Of a stretch of DNA of 64,000 bases, positions 48,674 through 60,547 are shown piece after piece. Origin of the DNA: Candidatus Latescibacterota bacterium (GTDB lineage: Bacteria; Latescibacterota; UBA2968); the NCBI GenBank assembly GCA_965204745.1, contig OZ242010.1:2560001-2624000 (forward strand), given 5' to 3'. The translations under genes and the position numbers were made by a program. A model generated the notes under the pieces. The model saw only the letters and a program-made list of their open reading frames with translations. It did not search any database and was not told where the DNA came from. How positions within the stretch are numbered: position 1 is the first letter of the stretch; each line of letters opens with the position of its first letter.

Positions 48674-49936
48674 ATGTCCGATACACACCCGGGGCTAATC
48701 GCGCCCCACGGCGGTTTGGCGACACCAGTCAATCGCACGGTTGCAGATGTCGAATCCTTTTTGACCGAGGCGTGCAAATTGTCGCGCATTTTGGTCAGCG
48801 ATGCCGATTTGTCCTCGGTGTATCGCTTTGGCGATGGCGGGTTGAGCCCGCTCACCGGGCCGATGGACGCACAGACGTATCATCGGGTGCTGGATGAAGC
48901 GGTCATTGAAGTCGATGGCACGCGCTATGCGTGGACCATTCCCATCTCCTTGCCCGTGCGCGCCGATGTTGCCAAAACCCTCTCTGTTGGGCAACGCGTC
49001 GCGCTGGAAAACAGATCTGGCGAGATCGTGGCCGCGCTGGATATCAACGACATTTTTGAATGGGACAAACCCACGTACCTCGAGCGCGTTTATTTGACCG
49101 AGCGCACGGATCACCCTGGCGCGGATATGGCGTTGCACGGCGATGCGGACAAGACCCACCTCTTGGGCGGCGAGATTCAAGTGCTTCCCCAACCGCGCAA
49201 TCCGCATTTTGGACAATACGTGCTCGGTCCGCGCGAAGTCAGACGCGCATTGGCACGCAAAGGCTGGGCCCGCGTCGTGGCGTTTCAAACGCGCAATGCC
49301 CTGCACCGGGCGCACGAATACGCGCTGGTCTATGGTTTGGAAACCCTGTTGCGCCAAGGCCACAACGCAGGAGCCTGCCTCAACCCGCTGGTGGGCGAAA
49401 CCAAATCGGACGACGTGCCCGCCGATGTTCGCATGCAAACCTACGAAGCCCTGATCGCAGAGCGGGGGTTGGGCGAGGGCGATAGCGATGCGGCCCTGTG
49501 GGAAGCGCGCGGGGAATCCGTCTCGGACCGGGTGATCTTGTTGGGCTTGGATATCAAGATGTTTTACGCCGGCCCCAAAGAAGCCGTAATGCACGCGATC
49601 TACCGGCAGAACTTTGGATTTACCGACATCATCATCGGCCGCAAGCACGCAGACGCGCCCTATCACGACGGCAGCGCGATTTGGGGGGATTTCGATGCCC
49701 AAGCCATTTTCGATCACCTCGACGGCGACCTACAGATCCAACCCGTGAACGTGGGATTCGCCGCTTATTACGAGTCCATTGGCCGCGTGGATTTAATGGA
49801 ACACCACGCCGATGAAACGCCGGTCTTCATCTCCGGCTCGCAAGTGCGCGAGACCCTCGGCAAGGGCGAGCAAGTCGATCCCCGCATCATGCGCCCGAGC
49901 ACATCCGAGATTTTGAGCAGAGCGATGAAGGGGTAG
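48674..49936 (+). CDS. sat: Sulfate adenylyltransferase (ATP sulfurylase)
   Basis: [53 protein letters not shown]. Confidence 0.93.
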   Translation: MSDTHPGLIAPHGGLATPVNRTVADVESFLTEACKLSRILVSDADLSSVYRFGDGGLSPLTGPMDAQTYHRVLDEAVIEVDGTRYAWTIPISLPVRADVAKTLSVGQRVALENRSGEIVAALDINDIFEWDKPTYLERVYLTERTDHPGADMALHGDADKTHLLGGEIQVLPQPRNPHFGQYVLGPREVRRALARKGWARVVAFQTRNALHRAHEYALVYGLETLLRQGHNAGACLNPLVGETKSDDVPADVRMQTYEALIAERGLGEGDSDAALWEARGESVSDRVILLGLDIKMFYAGPKEAVMHAIYRQNFGFTDIIIGRKHADAPYHDGSAIWGDFDAQAIFDHLDGDLQIQPVNVGFAAYYESIGRVDLMEHHADETPVFISGSQVRETLGKGEQVDPRIMRPSTSEILSRAMKG

Positions 49937-50379
49937 GGATCAGTAGTCAGTAGTCAGTAGTCAGTTGTCAGTTGTCAGTCCCCACACCGCCCTACCGCAT
50001 TCCCCAACCGCCCGTGCGTGCCCAGCCGCTCTAACCATCCACCCGTGCGTGCCCGTCCCGTCCCCACCCCGCCGTGTGCGTGACCCACCGCCCTGCCGCC
50101 GCTTCATCGTTTCCCTCGCAAAACCTCTCGCCATTCCCCCGTCCTCTCCTGTGCATGCCCATCTCATCTCGCCCTTTTGTGTTTTGAACTGGTTGTACCC
50201 CGCTCGTGCCTTTGAACTGGCTGTCGCCAGTTGTACCTCGCTCGTGGCTAATCGCATCTCTCCTCTTGTATCTTTCCACAGGGGCATCGCCCGCCATCTC
50301 TGTCGGTTGGGAATTGCGCGGATTACCCCCTCCGCTTTTGGTCCGATCCTTTTCTGCGCCCTTCGCCCTACCTTCGTCC

Positions 50380-51681
50380 TCAATCCGCGATCCGCCTCTG
50401 CATGCACGCGGCAAAAACGCCATCATTGCCGGTTTGGTGGGGTAGCAGTTGGAGGTGGGGATGGGTGAGGTGAAAGTGTGGGTGGTCGCGCAAAAAGGCT
50501 TCGACAACGCGCTCGTTTTCTTCGGGTTCGAGGGTGCAGGTACTGTACACGAGGACGCCGCCCGGGGATACGAACTGGGTAGCGTGGGTGAGGAGGGTGC
50601 GTTGCAGGCGTGCGAGTTCCGGGATATCCGATGCCCGGCGGTGCCAGCGCAGGTCCGGATGGTGGCTGAGGATGCCCAAAGCAGAACAGGGCGCATCGAT
50701 GAGCACGCGGTCAAACAGGCGGTTGAGGGCCAAACGCCGCGCATCGGTTGCGATGGGATGGACGCAGGTGATGCCGAGCCGATGCACGTTTTGCTTCAGG
50801 ATGTCGAGCCGGGACCGAAAGCGGTCCGCGGCGAGGATAAAACCGCGATTTGCCATGCGTTCGGCCATGGCCATCGTTTTGCCGCCCGGCGCGCTACACA
50901 AATCGAGAATGGCCTCTCCGGGTTGCGGATCGAGCAGGGGAACGACCAGTGCCGCGCCCGCGCCTTGCACGCTGAACAGGCCATTGCAATACGCACGGGT
51001 TTGAAAGAGATGGCCCGCATGGGATACGGCGAGGAGATGGGGGCCGGCAACTCGCGCGTCAATCCCTTCAGCTACGAGGTGTTCGCGCAACGCATCGGCC
51101 GATGTTCGCAACGCATTGGGGCGGATGGTGAGGGCGGGTTGGGCATTGTTGCTTTCGCACAAGGCGTGCGTTTCATCCAGGCCATAGCGGTCGACCCAGC
51201 GTGCGACGAGCCACTGCGGATGGGATGTGGTGAGGGCGAGGTGTTGGATGGGGTCGATTTGGGGATCGGGAAAGACGATGGGGTTGCGGTTTTCAGCCAC
51301 GCCGCGCAAGACCGCATTGACCAACTTGGCGATGCGTGCGCCGAGGAGGTGACGGGCGAGGGTGACGGCTTCCGAGACGACCGCATACGCCGGCACGCGG
51401 TCGAGGTGCTGGAGTTGGTACGCGCCCAAGCGCAGGAGATTGCGTAATTTGGGATGCTGTTTGGACAGGGGTTTGGCGAGATAGGCCGCGAGGGCGTGAT
51501 CCAACCGCGCCCGATAGGTCAGCGTGCCCATCACGAGGTGGTGCAACAAATTGCCGTCGCGTGCGGGGAGTCGCCCGCGCTGCACGTCAATCAAACGATT
51601 CGCGTACGCGCCCCGTTCAACGCGGCAGAGAATATCGAGCGCGAGATGGCGCGGATTTTTGGACGCAACAGACAAATTCAC
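50380..51681 (-). CDS. rsmB: 16S rRNA m5C967 methyltransferase
   Basis: NusB-like N-terminus (LRLGAYQL, LVNAVLR), DLCSAPGGK, DAPCS, VYSTCT. Confidence 0.93.
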   Translation of the reverse strand: MNLSVASKNPRHLALDILCRVERGAYANRLIDVQRGRLPARDGNLLHHLVMGTLTYRARLDHALAAYLAKPLSKQHPKLRNLLRLGAYQLQHLDRVPAYAVVSEAVTLARHLLGARIAKLVNAVLRGVAENRNPIVFPDPQIDPIQHLALTTSHPQWLVARWVDRYGLDETHALCESNNAQPALTIRPNALRTSADALREHLVAEGIDARVAGPHLLAVSHAGHLFQTRAYCNGLFSVQGAGAALVVPLLDPQPGEAILDLCSAPGGKTMAMAERMANRGFILAADRFRSRLDILKQNVHRLGITCVHPIATDARRLALNRLFDRVLIDAPCSALGILSHHPDLRWHRRASDIPELARLQRTLLTHATQFVSPGGVLVYSTCTLEPEENERVVEAFLRDHPHFHLTHPHLQLLPHQTGNDGVFAACMQRRIAD

Positions 51682-52994
51682 TTCCCGCTAAACGCCACAT
51701 TCTCAAACACCAATGTGGGCGTCCGCATGCTGGAATAGGCATTGGGATCATCGCCCACGGCAACGAGATTTTGCAGCAGGTCGAGGAAATTGCCCGCGAT
51801 GTTCATTTCGGACACGGGGCCTGTTTTCCTGCCGTTGGCAATGCGGAACCCACGAAACCCGTAAGAAAAATCCCCGGTCGTGGCGTCGGCATTGCCGCCG
51901 AGCCAAGACGTGACGTGAAAGCCGTTTGTCACCTGCGAGATCAGGGCGTGGAGGTCGTTGTCCCCGGGCGCGAAAACGAGGTTGGACGACGTGCCCGTCG
52001 TGGGTTGCCAGCCGAGTTTGCGCGCGTAATACGTGTCGATGTAATACGTTTGCAAAACGCCCTGATCGATGATGGGCACGCGCTTTGCCGAAATGCCTTC
52101 GCTGTCGTAATGCCGAGACGCAGGCCCGCGCACCAGCAGGGGATCGTCCGTCACGGTGAGGAGCGAACTGGCGATTTGCGCGTCTTTCTCGTCCGCTAAA
52201 AACGAGCGGTTCTGCTGGATGCTGCGCGCTTGCAACGCCCCCCAAATCGCGCTGATCAACCGGCCGCCGGCTTCGGGATCGACCACCATAGTGGCCCGCA
52301 CGCTCGGCACTTTTTCACTGCCCAACCGGGACAAGGCGCGGTGCAAGCCCTGTCGCGCAACGGTTTGGGGATCCGGCAAATCCGACAAATGGCGCGCCCG
52401 CACGTACCGGTGATCTTCCGGCCGGCCGTGCGCGCCCTCTTTGAGCGTCACACTCGCGCCATAGCCTATTGACGTGCCGCGTTGCGTGCCCGAAAATCCA
52501 TTTGAACTCGCCCGCGCTGACGTGTGCCAGCCATAGTACACATCGGCGGTCGCGCTGACCACGCGGTCGTCTGCGTGCGTGATGGCGTCCATTGTCTTGA
52601 GCCAATCCACACACGCTTCGCGGGGCAAATCGCGGATGGTGGGATCGTCCGATTGCAGATCGACATCCGGGCGATTTTCGTACAGCACGGGATCTGGAAT
52701 CACGCGAAAGGGATCCTCGGCCAAGTGCCGCGTGAGGGCCACCGCGTCGTCGACAAATCGGGCCACAGACTCAGGGCGCAAATCCGTGGTCTGATGCGTG
52801 GAATAACGCCCATCGACATACAACTGAATGCCCATGCCGCGACTCGCGCTCTGTTGCACTTGCTCGATGTTCCCGTCTCGATACGAGTATTCCGTGCTGT
52901 TTTCATCGCGCACCCGAGCCACCGCATCATCGGCCCCGGCCCTTCGCGCCTGCTCAACCGCCTGCTCCGCGCGTCTGAGAAGTTCCCGTTCCAT
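51678..52994 (-). CDS. pmbA: TldD/PmbA-family protein (PmbA/TldE-like)
   Basis: DDP..GPASRHYDSEG, TGDFS, EMNIAGN; no HExxH motif, so the non-catalytic subunit type. Confidence 0.85.
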   Translation of the reverse strand: MERELLRRAEQAVEQARRAGADDAVARVRDENSTEYSYRDGNIEQVQQSASRGMGIQLYVDGRYSTHQTTDLRPESVARFVDDAVALTRHLAEDPFRVIPDPVLYENRPDVDLQSDDPTIRDLPREACVDWLKTMDAITHADDRVVSATADVYYGWHTSARASSNGFSGTQRGTSIGYGASVTLKEGAHGRPEDHRYVRARHLSDLPDPQTVARQGLHRALSRLGSEKVPSVRATMVVDPEAGGRLISAIWGALQARSIQQNRSFLADEKDAQIASSLLTVTDDPLLVRGPASRHYDSEGISAKRVPIIDQGVLQTYYIDTYYARKLGWQPTTGTSSNLVFAPGDNDLHALISQVTNGFHVTSWLGGNADATTGDFSYGFRGFRIANGRKTGPVSEMNIAGNFLDLLQNLVAVGDDPNAYSSMRTPTLVFENVAFSGK

Positions 52995-53394
52995 AATATC
53001 CCTCTTGTAGCACATACATCGCCTTGGGGTGGCAGGGTGGGGACTGACTACTGATAGTAGTCAGTTCCCCACCTGACCCCACCGCCCAAGTAGTCAGTGG
53101 TCAGTCCCCGCCCACTCCCCACCGCTGACAGTAGTCAGTCCCCACCTGACCCTACCGCCCAAGTAGTCAGTGGTCAGTCCCGCCCACTCCCCACCGCTAT
53201 GTTCGTTAGAATTAGACAACTGACAATGCGAATTAAGAGTAGAAAGCGAGTAAGAAGCAAGCCGCGGTCAATCATCCAAAGACATGAACGAGTCATCCAT
53301 TATAGAATTGCCCTTGAACTTGTCTTAAAACGAACGATGGATGCCCCTCCTCCGGCTCTTTCCCGCAACGGAGAGATGTTATTCCCCCTTGTAT

Positions 53395-54094
53395 CTTCCT
53401 CGTAGGCACAGGCGTAGCCTACAACGAAGCGTAGCGAGTAACGGGGCTAGGGGGTAGGTCCCAATTCCAAAAAGTAAAGCCTGAGTTCCCTGTGAACCCG
53501 GGCTTTACTTTTTTTGTTTTTCGTCGTTCAGCCTGTCGAGCCAAAGTCGGCGACGAAGATGAGGAAATCGGAGAATCCAATCTCGCCATCGCCATCGCAC
53601 CGGGGGTCATATCGCTCCTGACCGAGCCGCGATCCGAACTTATCCGCAAAGGTCAAGAAGTCGGGCGAAATTCACATCGGCATCTTCATCTGTGGCGGTC
53701 AGGGAACAGGCTTTCATTGGAAGTGGGAGGCGGGATAGAGGCTTCGGATGTAGGGTTCAATTTCTTGAGCGGTCGTGCGCGTAGCAGTTGGCTCGATGAC
53801 GTTCCCTCTGAGGAGGGCCTCGTTCCGGAAGAAGAGGACGTATCGAATGATCAGGATTATATCCGAGAACAGCCTCACATCGCCATCGCCATCCACATCG
53901 AGAATGTTCTGATTGACCAACGTGTCGAGGTAGGGTTCAATTTCTTGAGCGGTCATGCGCGTGGCAGTTGGCTCGATGACGTTCCCTCTGAGGAGGGCCT
54001 CTTCCCGGAAGAAGAGGACATATCGAATGACCAGGATTATATCCGAGAACAATCTCACCCGGCCATCGCCATCCACATCCAAGTTGGCACTCGG
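53395..54094 (-). repeat. Inverted copy of 34457-35171 (adhesin tail, dockerin relic, terminator, REP end)
   Basis: Near-identical coding tail PSANLDVDGDG...YIRSLYPxSHFQ plus homologous downstream DNA. Confidence 0.92.
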
Positions 54095-57000
54095 GCTTTC
54101 GTCATCGATAATCGTCCCTGTGCCTTGCGCCGTGCTTATGGTCGCATTGGTCGCACTGCTCAGCGTCACGATCACGGTCTCGTTCGGCTCATCATCCGAG
54201 TCGTCGGTCACAGAAACAGGGATGGTCTGGATGGTATCGCCTACCGCGAAGGTCAGGGTCCCTGCGGTGAGCGCGGTGTAATCCGTCCCCGAAGTCGCGG
54301 TGCCCGTGCCCGCGTCTGCATACCCCACCGTCACTTGTAACGTGTTGTGCGCCGGGCTTAGGTACACCCGAAAGGTCAGGGTCGCGGTCGCGCCTTCAAT
54401 CACGCTTGGCGAACCGATACTCAGCGCAGGCATGCCATCGTCATCGATAATCGTCCCTGTGCCTTGCGCCGTGCTTATGATCGCATTGGTCGCACTGCTC
54501 AGCGTCACGATCACGGTCTCGTTCTGCTCATTATCCGTGTCGCCGGTCACAGTAACAGCGATGGTCTGGCTGGTCACGCCTGCCGCGAAGGTCAGGGTCC
54601 CTGCGGTGAGCGCGGTGTAGTCCGTCCCCGAAGTCGCGCTACCCGTGCCCGCGTCTGCATACGCCACCGTCACCGCCTTGCCGCTCCCCGCATTCAATCT
54701 AACGGTGAACGTCAGGGCAGTGCCCTCAACCGCACTCGGCGAACTGATCGAGAGCCTCGGCGGCGGGTCATCATCGGTGAGCGTCAAAGTTGTCCCGGTC
54801 ACCCTGCCCGAGACTTGGCTATTGTGCATCACAACGGGCATGGTCACGGGGCGATTAGGCTCGTCTTGGGTGTTGTTCACCGCGGTGATGACCACCGTAT
54901 CCGACGCGTTCGCGGTTTGCCCAGCCGGTATGGTGATCGTCGAATCCGCCGGCACCGTGTAAGCACCCGCCACAGGACGCACCGTGATCGTCGTCGCCGC
55001 GCTCAACGACCGTGCCAGCGTCGCGGTCACGGTACTCATCCCGCCGTTTTCCGAGATCGACGAGGGCGTCAGTGACAACGTCACGACCACGGGTTGGAGA
55101 TTAAATTGCACGGTGGTGTCCATGCCGGCATACTTCAAGGCCGGATACTGATTCGTCGCGCCAAAGTACCACGGATCGTCGTTGCCGGCTTGTCCGTCGA
55201 TGTTGGCGTTCCAACTGGAGTAGATGCCGATGTAGTCGTTGGGGCGCTGGAGGTCGGCGGTGGCGTAGCCCGTGCCGCCTGCGCTGGTGTTATGGTAGCT
55301 GAGGAAGGTGTCCCAGTAGCTGTTGGACACGCTGCCCGGGGAAACAACATTGCCTATTAGCCCACCGACATTGCTTCCTGTGCCGCTGACCCTGCCTGTG
55401 GAATACGAGTTTGTTATAGAACCGCCAAACCGAGCTCCCACCAGACCGCCAGTATTGCTCTCTCCGCTGAGGGAGGCATTGGAGTAGCTAGTGGAGATGG
55501 TTCCATTATACAGGTAGCCTACCAATCCGCCGCTGGAAGTGCCGGTGGCGCTGACCTTGCCTGTGGTGTAACAGGCGACGACTTCGCCGCGCATGGTGCC
55601 TACCAGAATGCCGACCCATTTCCACGCCGCAACGTCGCCATCGATTACGCCCAAGGATTCGATGCGGGAGGTGTTGGAGATTGCGCCGAACAGCCCGACG
55701 TCGGTGACGCCGCTACGGCTGATGAGCAGGTTGTGGATGGTAAAGCCGTTGCCCTTGAAATCGGCTGTGTAATTGTTGCCGGAGTCGTCGCCGATTGGCT
55801 CCCAGCCTTGGCCGCTGTTCCAGTAGGTGGCGTCTGCTGAGGTGATTGCGCCATCGTTGTTCTCGTCAAAGTCCAGGTCGCTGAGCAGTTCGTAGCCGGT
55901 GCAACCGGTGGCAGGGCAACCCTTTGAGACTGAAGCGTCGGGAAAGGCGGCGTTGTAGGCGGTTCTATCGTTGGCCGAGGCTCTTGCGTCTATGGCACCA
56001 TCGCCATCCAAATCCCAGCGCACGACGTTGAGTTGTGCCAAGGACGAGACCTCGATGAAGCCATCGCTATCCGTGTCGTAATGCCTGGGTTGGGCATCGA
56101 ACTGCGCCGTGGTGTCCATGTCGGCATACTTCAACACCGGATACTGATTCGTCGTGCCAAAGGTCCAGGGAGCATCATCGCTGGTCCCGATAGCATCTAT
56201 GGTCAGACCGTCCCAAATGTTATAGATGCCTGTCGCAGACGTGACCGATTGTAAGTCAACAGTCGGCTCGCCCTCTGGCATAGCCGTATCGGCATCGTCG
56301 GCAATGCCGCTTTCTTGTGTGTCCCAGTAGCTATCGACCACTGAACCAGCCGAAGTGCCCACCAAACCGCCTGTTGTGCCAGCACCCGTGACCCGCCCTA
56401 TCGAGTAGCTGGCGGTCACGCCACTGCCGCTCGCGAGTTCACCCACCAACCCGCCGCCCACCCCGCTACTGTGCCCCACGAACACCGGGCCCAGGGCATA
56501 AGACGCCACCACCTCGGTCTGAATTCTCAGCCAACCCACCAACCCGCCAACCTTCCCGTCACTCGTCACAGTCGCAGGAACGCTCACAGAGACGTTCGCG
56601 TAGCTACTCACAATGCGGTTGGTGCCCGAAGTGCGATAAGATTGACCGATCAAACCACCCACACCCCACTTCGACCCCGAAACGCTACCCGTCACATAAC
56701 ACGACGAGATGGTGCTCCCACCACCCTGAGCACCGGCCAGAGCACCCACGCGGTCATTGCCGGTCACATCCACATTCAACAACCCCAACCCCGAAACATT
56801 GCCCTCAACCGACTGGAACAATCCTGCATTATGCCGAGTCCCCCGGTCGATGAACAGGTGGGAGATCGTATTGTTGTTGCCTTGGAAAGTACCGGTGTAA
56901 GTCCCAGTAGGGTTCCAGCCTGCGCCGCTGTTCCAGTAGGTGGCGTCTGTTGCGGTGATCTCGCCATCGTTGTTCTCGTCAAAGTCCAGGTCGGCGAGCA

Positions 57001-60000
57001 GTTCGTAGCCGGTGCATCCCGAGAGGCAGCCCATGCGGGTGGCGGTGTCCCGGCTTGGAAAGGCGGTGTTGTAGGCGGTCGTATCGGCGGTCGTGGCAAA
57101 TGCGTCTATGGCCCCATCGCCGTTGAGATCCCAGCGGATGGCGTTGAGTTGCGCCAGCGTGGTGATAGCGATGAGGCCATCGCCATCGGTATCGTAATTG
57201 GTGAGACCTGGAGCGCGCATGACCTCGCCCGAGATTCCATCGCGCACACCGGTCTTGCTGGCAATGACGCGCACTGTGTAGGTCGTCCCCGACGTCAAGG
57301 GAATCTTGTAGCGCGTAGCCGTGGTGGTGGCCTCACGCGCGGCGGCGTAGCTTTGCACTCCGGATTTCCACTGCACGGTGTATCCCGTCGCTTGACTCGC
57401 CGCACGCCAGCCCACGTACAAGGTGTCCCCATTGGACGTCACTGCCACACCCGCCGGTATGCTCGGTTGCAACGCAAGTTGCGCGGTGGTATCCAGGCCG
57501 GCATACTTCAACACGGGGTACTGATTCGTCGCGCCAAAGTACCACGGATCGTCGTTGCCCGTTTGCCCATCCAGATTTTGGTTCCAGTTGGCGTAGATGC
57601 TACCGGTGGTATAGCCGGTGATGCTTTGGAGGGCACTGGTGGTTTGAGCGCCCGCGAAGAAGGAGGAGGTGCCAGCGGTGGTGCTCTGCCCGGAGGTTTG
57701 GGTGTCCCAGTAGCTGTTGGTCATCGGGGTGGCTGAACCCGTCTGTAGTCCCGCCAAGCCGCCGGTGAATGTGGTGCCGGTGGCGGTGTTGGAAACAGCG
57801 CCGATAGCATAGACAGCGCTTATCGAGTTCGCGTCAGTGACCTGCACTTGACCTATCAGACCGCCCGCTCTGACGCCGCTACCGCTACCAGAAACGGTCC
57901 CGGTTGCGTAGCTGGAGCGCAGGTATTCGCTACCACTGAGATTTACCTCCCCCATCAGGCCGCCCACTCTGAGGCTTAGGGCGTTGGTGGAACCGTTACC
58001 GGTGCCGTTCCCGGAAACGTTCCCGGTCGCGTAGTTGGCGTAGCTGGGACCTAAGATTCTCCCTATCAGGCCGCCCACTCTGCCTATGCCGTTCCCGGAA
58101 ACGTTCCCTGTCGCGTAGCTGACGCTGACCCGGCCCCAGGCCGTACCGGTCAGGCCACCGGCGGCGGTGCCGGTGCCGGTGCCGGTGACCGTGACCGTCC
58201 CAGTGGCGTAGGTGGAGTCGACGGTACCGGTGGTTTCCCCGATCAGGCCGCCGGCAGAAAGCGCTCCATTGTTCGTTCCGCTCACATTGCAGGTGGCGTA
58301 GCTGTCGCTGACGGGCGCAGTGGCGTAGCCCAACAGACAGCCGGCAGTGCCATTACTGGTACTGCTGGTGTTGTGGGTTACGGAGCCGCCAGCAACGTAG
58401 CTCCCGCGCACCGCGCCGCCACTGAGGCGACCCGCCAAGGCACCGGTTCGACCAATGTTGTTCGAACTGGCGGTGGAAGTGCGGGTGTTGGTGATATTCA
58501 CGTCCAACAAGCCCACATCTCTAATCGTGCCGGTGACATCGCCGAACAGACCGACGAAACCGCCGCCGGTGGCGGTGCTGGTGCTGTCAGCGATAAACAA
58601 GTTGGAAATGGTGTTGTCATTGCCGTCAAAGGTGGCAGAGAAGACGGTTGCAGCGCCGCTGGCCGCAACACCGATGGGCGTCCAGCCAGCGCCGCTGTTC
58701 CAGTAGGTGGCGTCTGCTGAGGTGATCTGGTCATCGTTGTTCTCGTCAAAGTCCAGGTTGTTCATCAACTCGTAGCCGGTGCAACCGCCGGTGGCCGGGC
58801 AACCCATCCGGCCGCTACTGGCGGTAATGTCGCCGCCGGGAAAGGCGTTAGCATAGGCGATGGTGTCGGCGTGGGTACCGGTGGGCAGGCCATCGCCGTT
58901 CAAGTCGTAGCGGATGGCATTTAACTGCAACAGGGAAGTCACGTCAATCAGGCCGTTGTTGTCGCTGTCGTGGTCAACTACCCGCTGGCTGGGGGTTCTC
59001 AGGGTTGGGTACTGGCTGGTGGTGCCGAAGTTCCACGGGTTGTCGGGTACGCGATCACCGTCCATATCTACGTTCCAGTTGGCGTAGATGCCGGTGTAGC
59101 CGGTGGGAGATTGGAGCGCGTTGGTGAGTTGTCCCGTGCCGGCGTCGCTGTTCCCCAAGTTGCTGGTTTGGGTGTCCCAGTAGCTAGCGATTGCGTTGGC
59201 CCCTATGGAGCCGCCTAACAGGCCGCCGACTTCGGCGCTCCCGCTGACTCTGCCGGTGGCGTAGGAGTTTGTTATAGAGCCGGCACGCTAAATCCCACAA
59301 GGCCGCCGACTTCGGTAGTTCCGCTGACGGATGCAGTGGAGTAGCTTGTGGTGATAGACCCTCGGTTCAGGTATCCGACCAATCCGCCGCTGCCGAAGCC
59401 GCGGGCGGTGACCGAGCCGGTGGTGTAACAGGCGACGACGGCGGCGCCGCGGTTATAGCCTACCAAGATGGCACTATTTTGCCTCCCCGTTATGGTGGCG
59501 TTGGTTACGCCTAGGGTTTCGACACGGCTACCGGATTCAATCTCGCCGAACAGCCCTATGTAGTTGGTGTTTTGGCGGTTGATGAACAGGTTGTCGATGG
59601 TGAAGCCGTTGCCTTTGAAATCGCCTGTGTACTTGTTGGAGTCGTTGCCGATGGGCTGCCAGCCGGAGCCGCTGTTCCAGTATGCGTCGGCGGAGTTGGC
59701 GGAGCCGCCGCCGTCGGTGTCTAAGTCAATGTTGGCGGTGAGTTCGTAGCCGGTGCAGGTGGAGGCGCAACCCATGGCCGAGGCGGCGTTGGGAAAGGCG
59801 TCGTTGTAGGCCACGGTATCCGCAGCGGCTACGGTACCATCGCCATTGAGGTCATAGCGAATGGCGTTGAGTTGGGCGTGGGTGGACACCTCAATGTAGT
59901 TGTCGTTGTCGGTGTCGTAGTCGGTTTGGGCAAAAGCCGGCCCCGATGCCACCAGCATGCCCAGCGCGATCAGGGCCAACAAGCGAGATCTGAAAATGGC

Positions 60001-60009
60001 GGGAATCAT
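53714..60009 (-). pseudogene. Modular surface protein/adhesin 2 (~2100 aa), split by one frameshift
   Basis: GGAGG RBS, ATG 60009, signal ..VASGPAFA-QTDYDTDND as in adhesin 1; frame break at ~59285; four GLUG-like modules, one Fn3, one Ig-like, two Calx-beta domains, same tail as adhesin 1. Confidence 0.88.
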
Positions 60010-60088
60010 CTGAAGCCTCCGAAAAAAATATAACGAGTTGTGCAGGCAGGGCTTTTGCCTGCGGGAAAAAAATAACGACGGTGGATAC

Positions 60089-60118
60089 AAGTTAAGGTAC
60101 CATGTCGTTGCTTGTCAA
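60089..60118 (-). promoter_or_regulatory. Putative sigma70 promoter of adhesin 2
   Basis: TTGACA-N18-TAACTT on the minus strand. Confidence 0.55.
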
Positions 60119-60127
60119 GGGGAATTG

Positions 60128-60368
60128 GGACCTATGGACCTACCCCCCTAGCCCCCCTTCCTCACAGGAAGGGGGGAATGGCGAGAGGTCTAGCGAGGGA
60201 TTGTGTGTAAGGGTTTTTGGATTTTCATGGCGTGATCCATTCGGTCAAAGCCATCAGAACAGCCATGGATGCAAACCTTTAAGAAAGCCATGCGCTCCCC
60301 CTTTCCTTGTAGGCACAGGCGTAGCCTACAATGAGCGAAGCGAATAACGGGGGCCGGGGGGATAGGGC
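60128..60368. repeat. Modular palindromic REP/MITE-like element
   Basis: GGACCTACCCCCC...GGGGGATAGGG; reverse complement of the unit at 20107-20310. Confidence 0.85.
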
Positions 60369-60547
60369 TATGGTGGTAGGGTGGTGGGTGGTAATCCGCG
60401 CAATCCGCGTAATCCGTTTAATCCGCGATTCAGACACGGCAGGGTGGCGAGGTGAGGCCGCACGGGCAACGGGGTGGAGCGGATGGGCGCGCACGCACGG
60501 AATAAACCGCGCAATTCAGTTGCATGGCTCGTAAATGTCAACACAAC

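Noticed and set aside
20900-59158. Diversity-generating retroelement acting on the adhesins
   Set aside because: No reverse transcriptase in the window, and differences between the shared tails are few and not adenine-specific.
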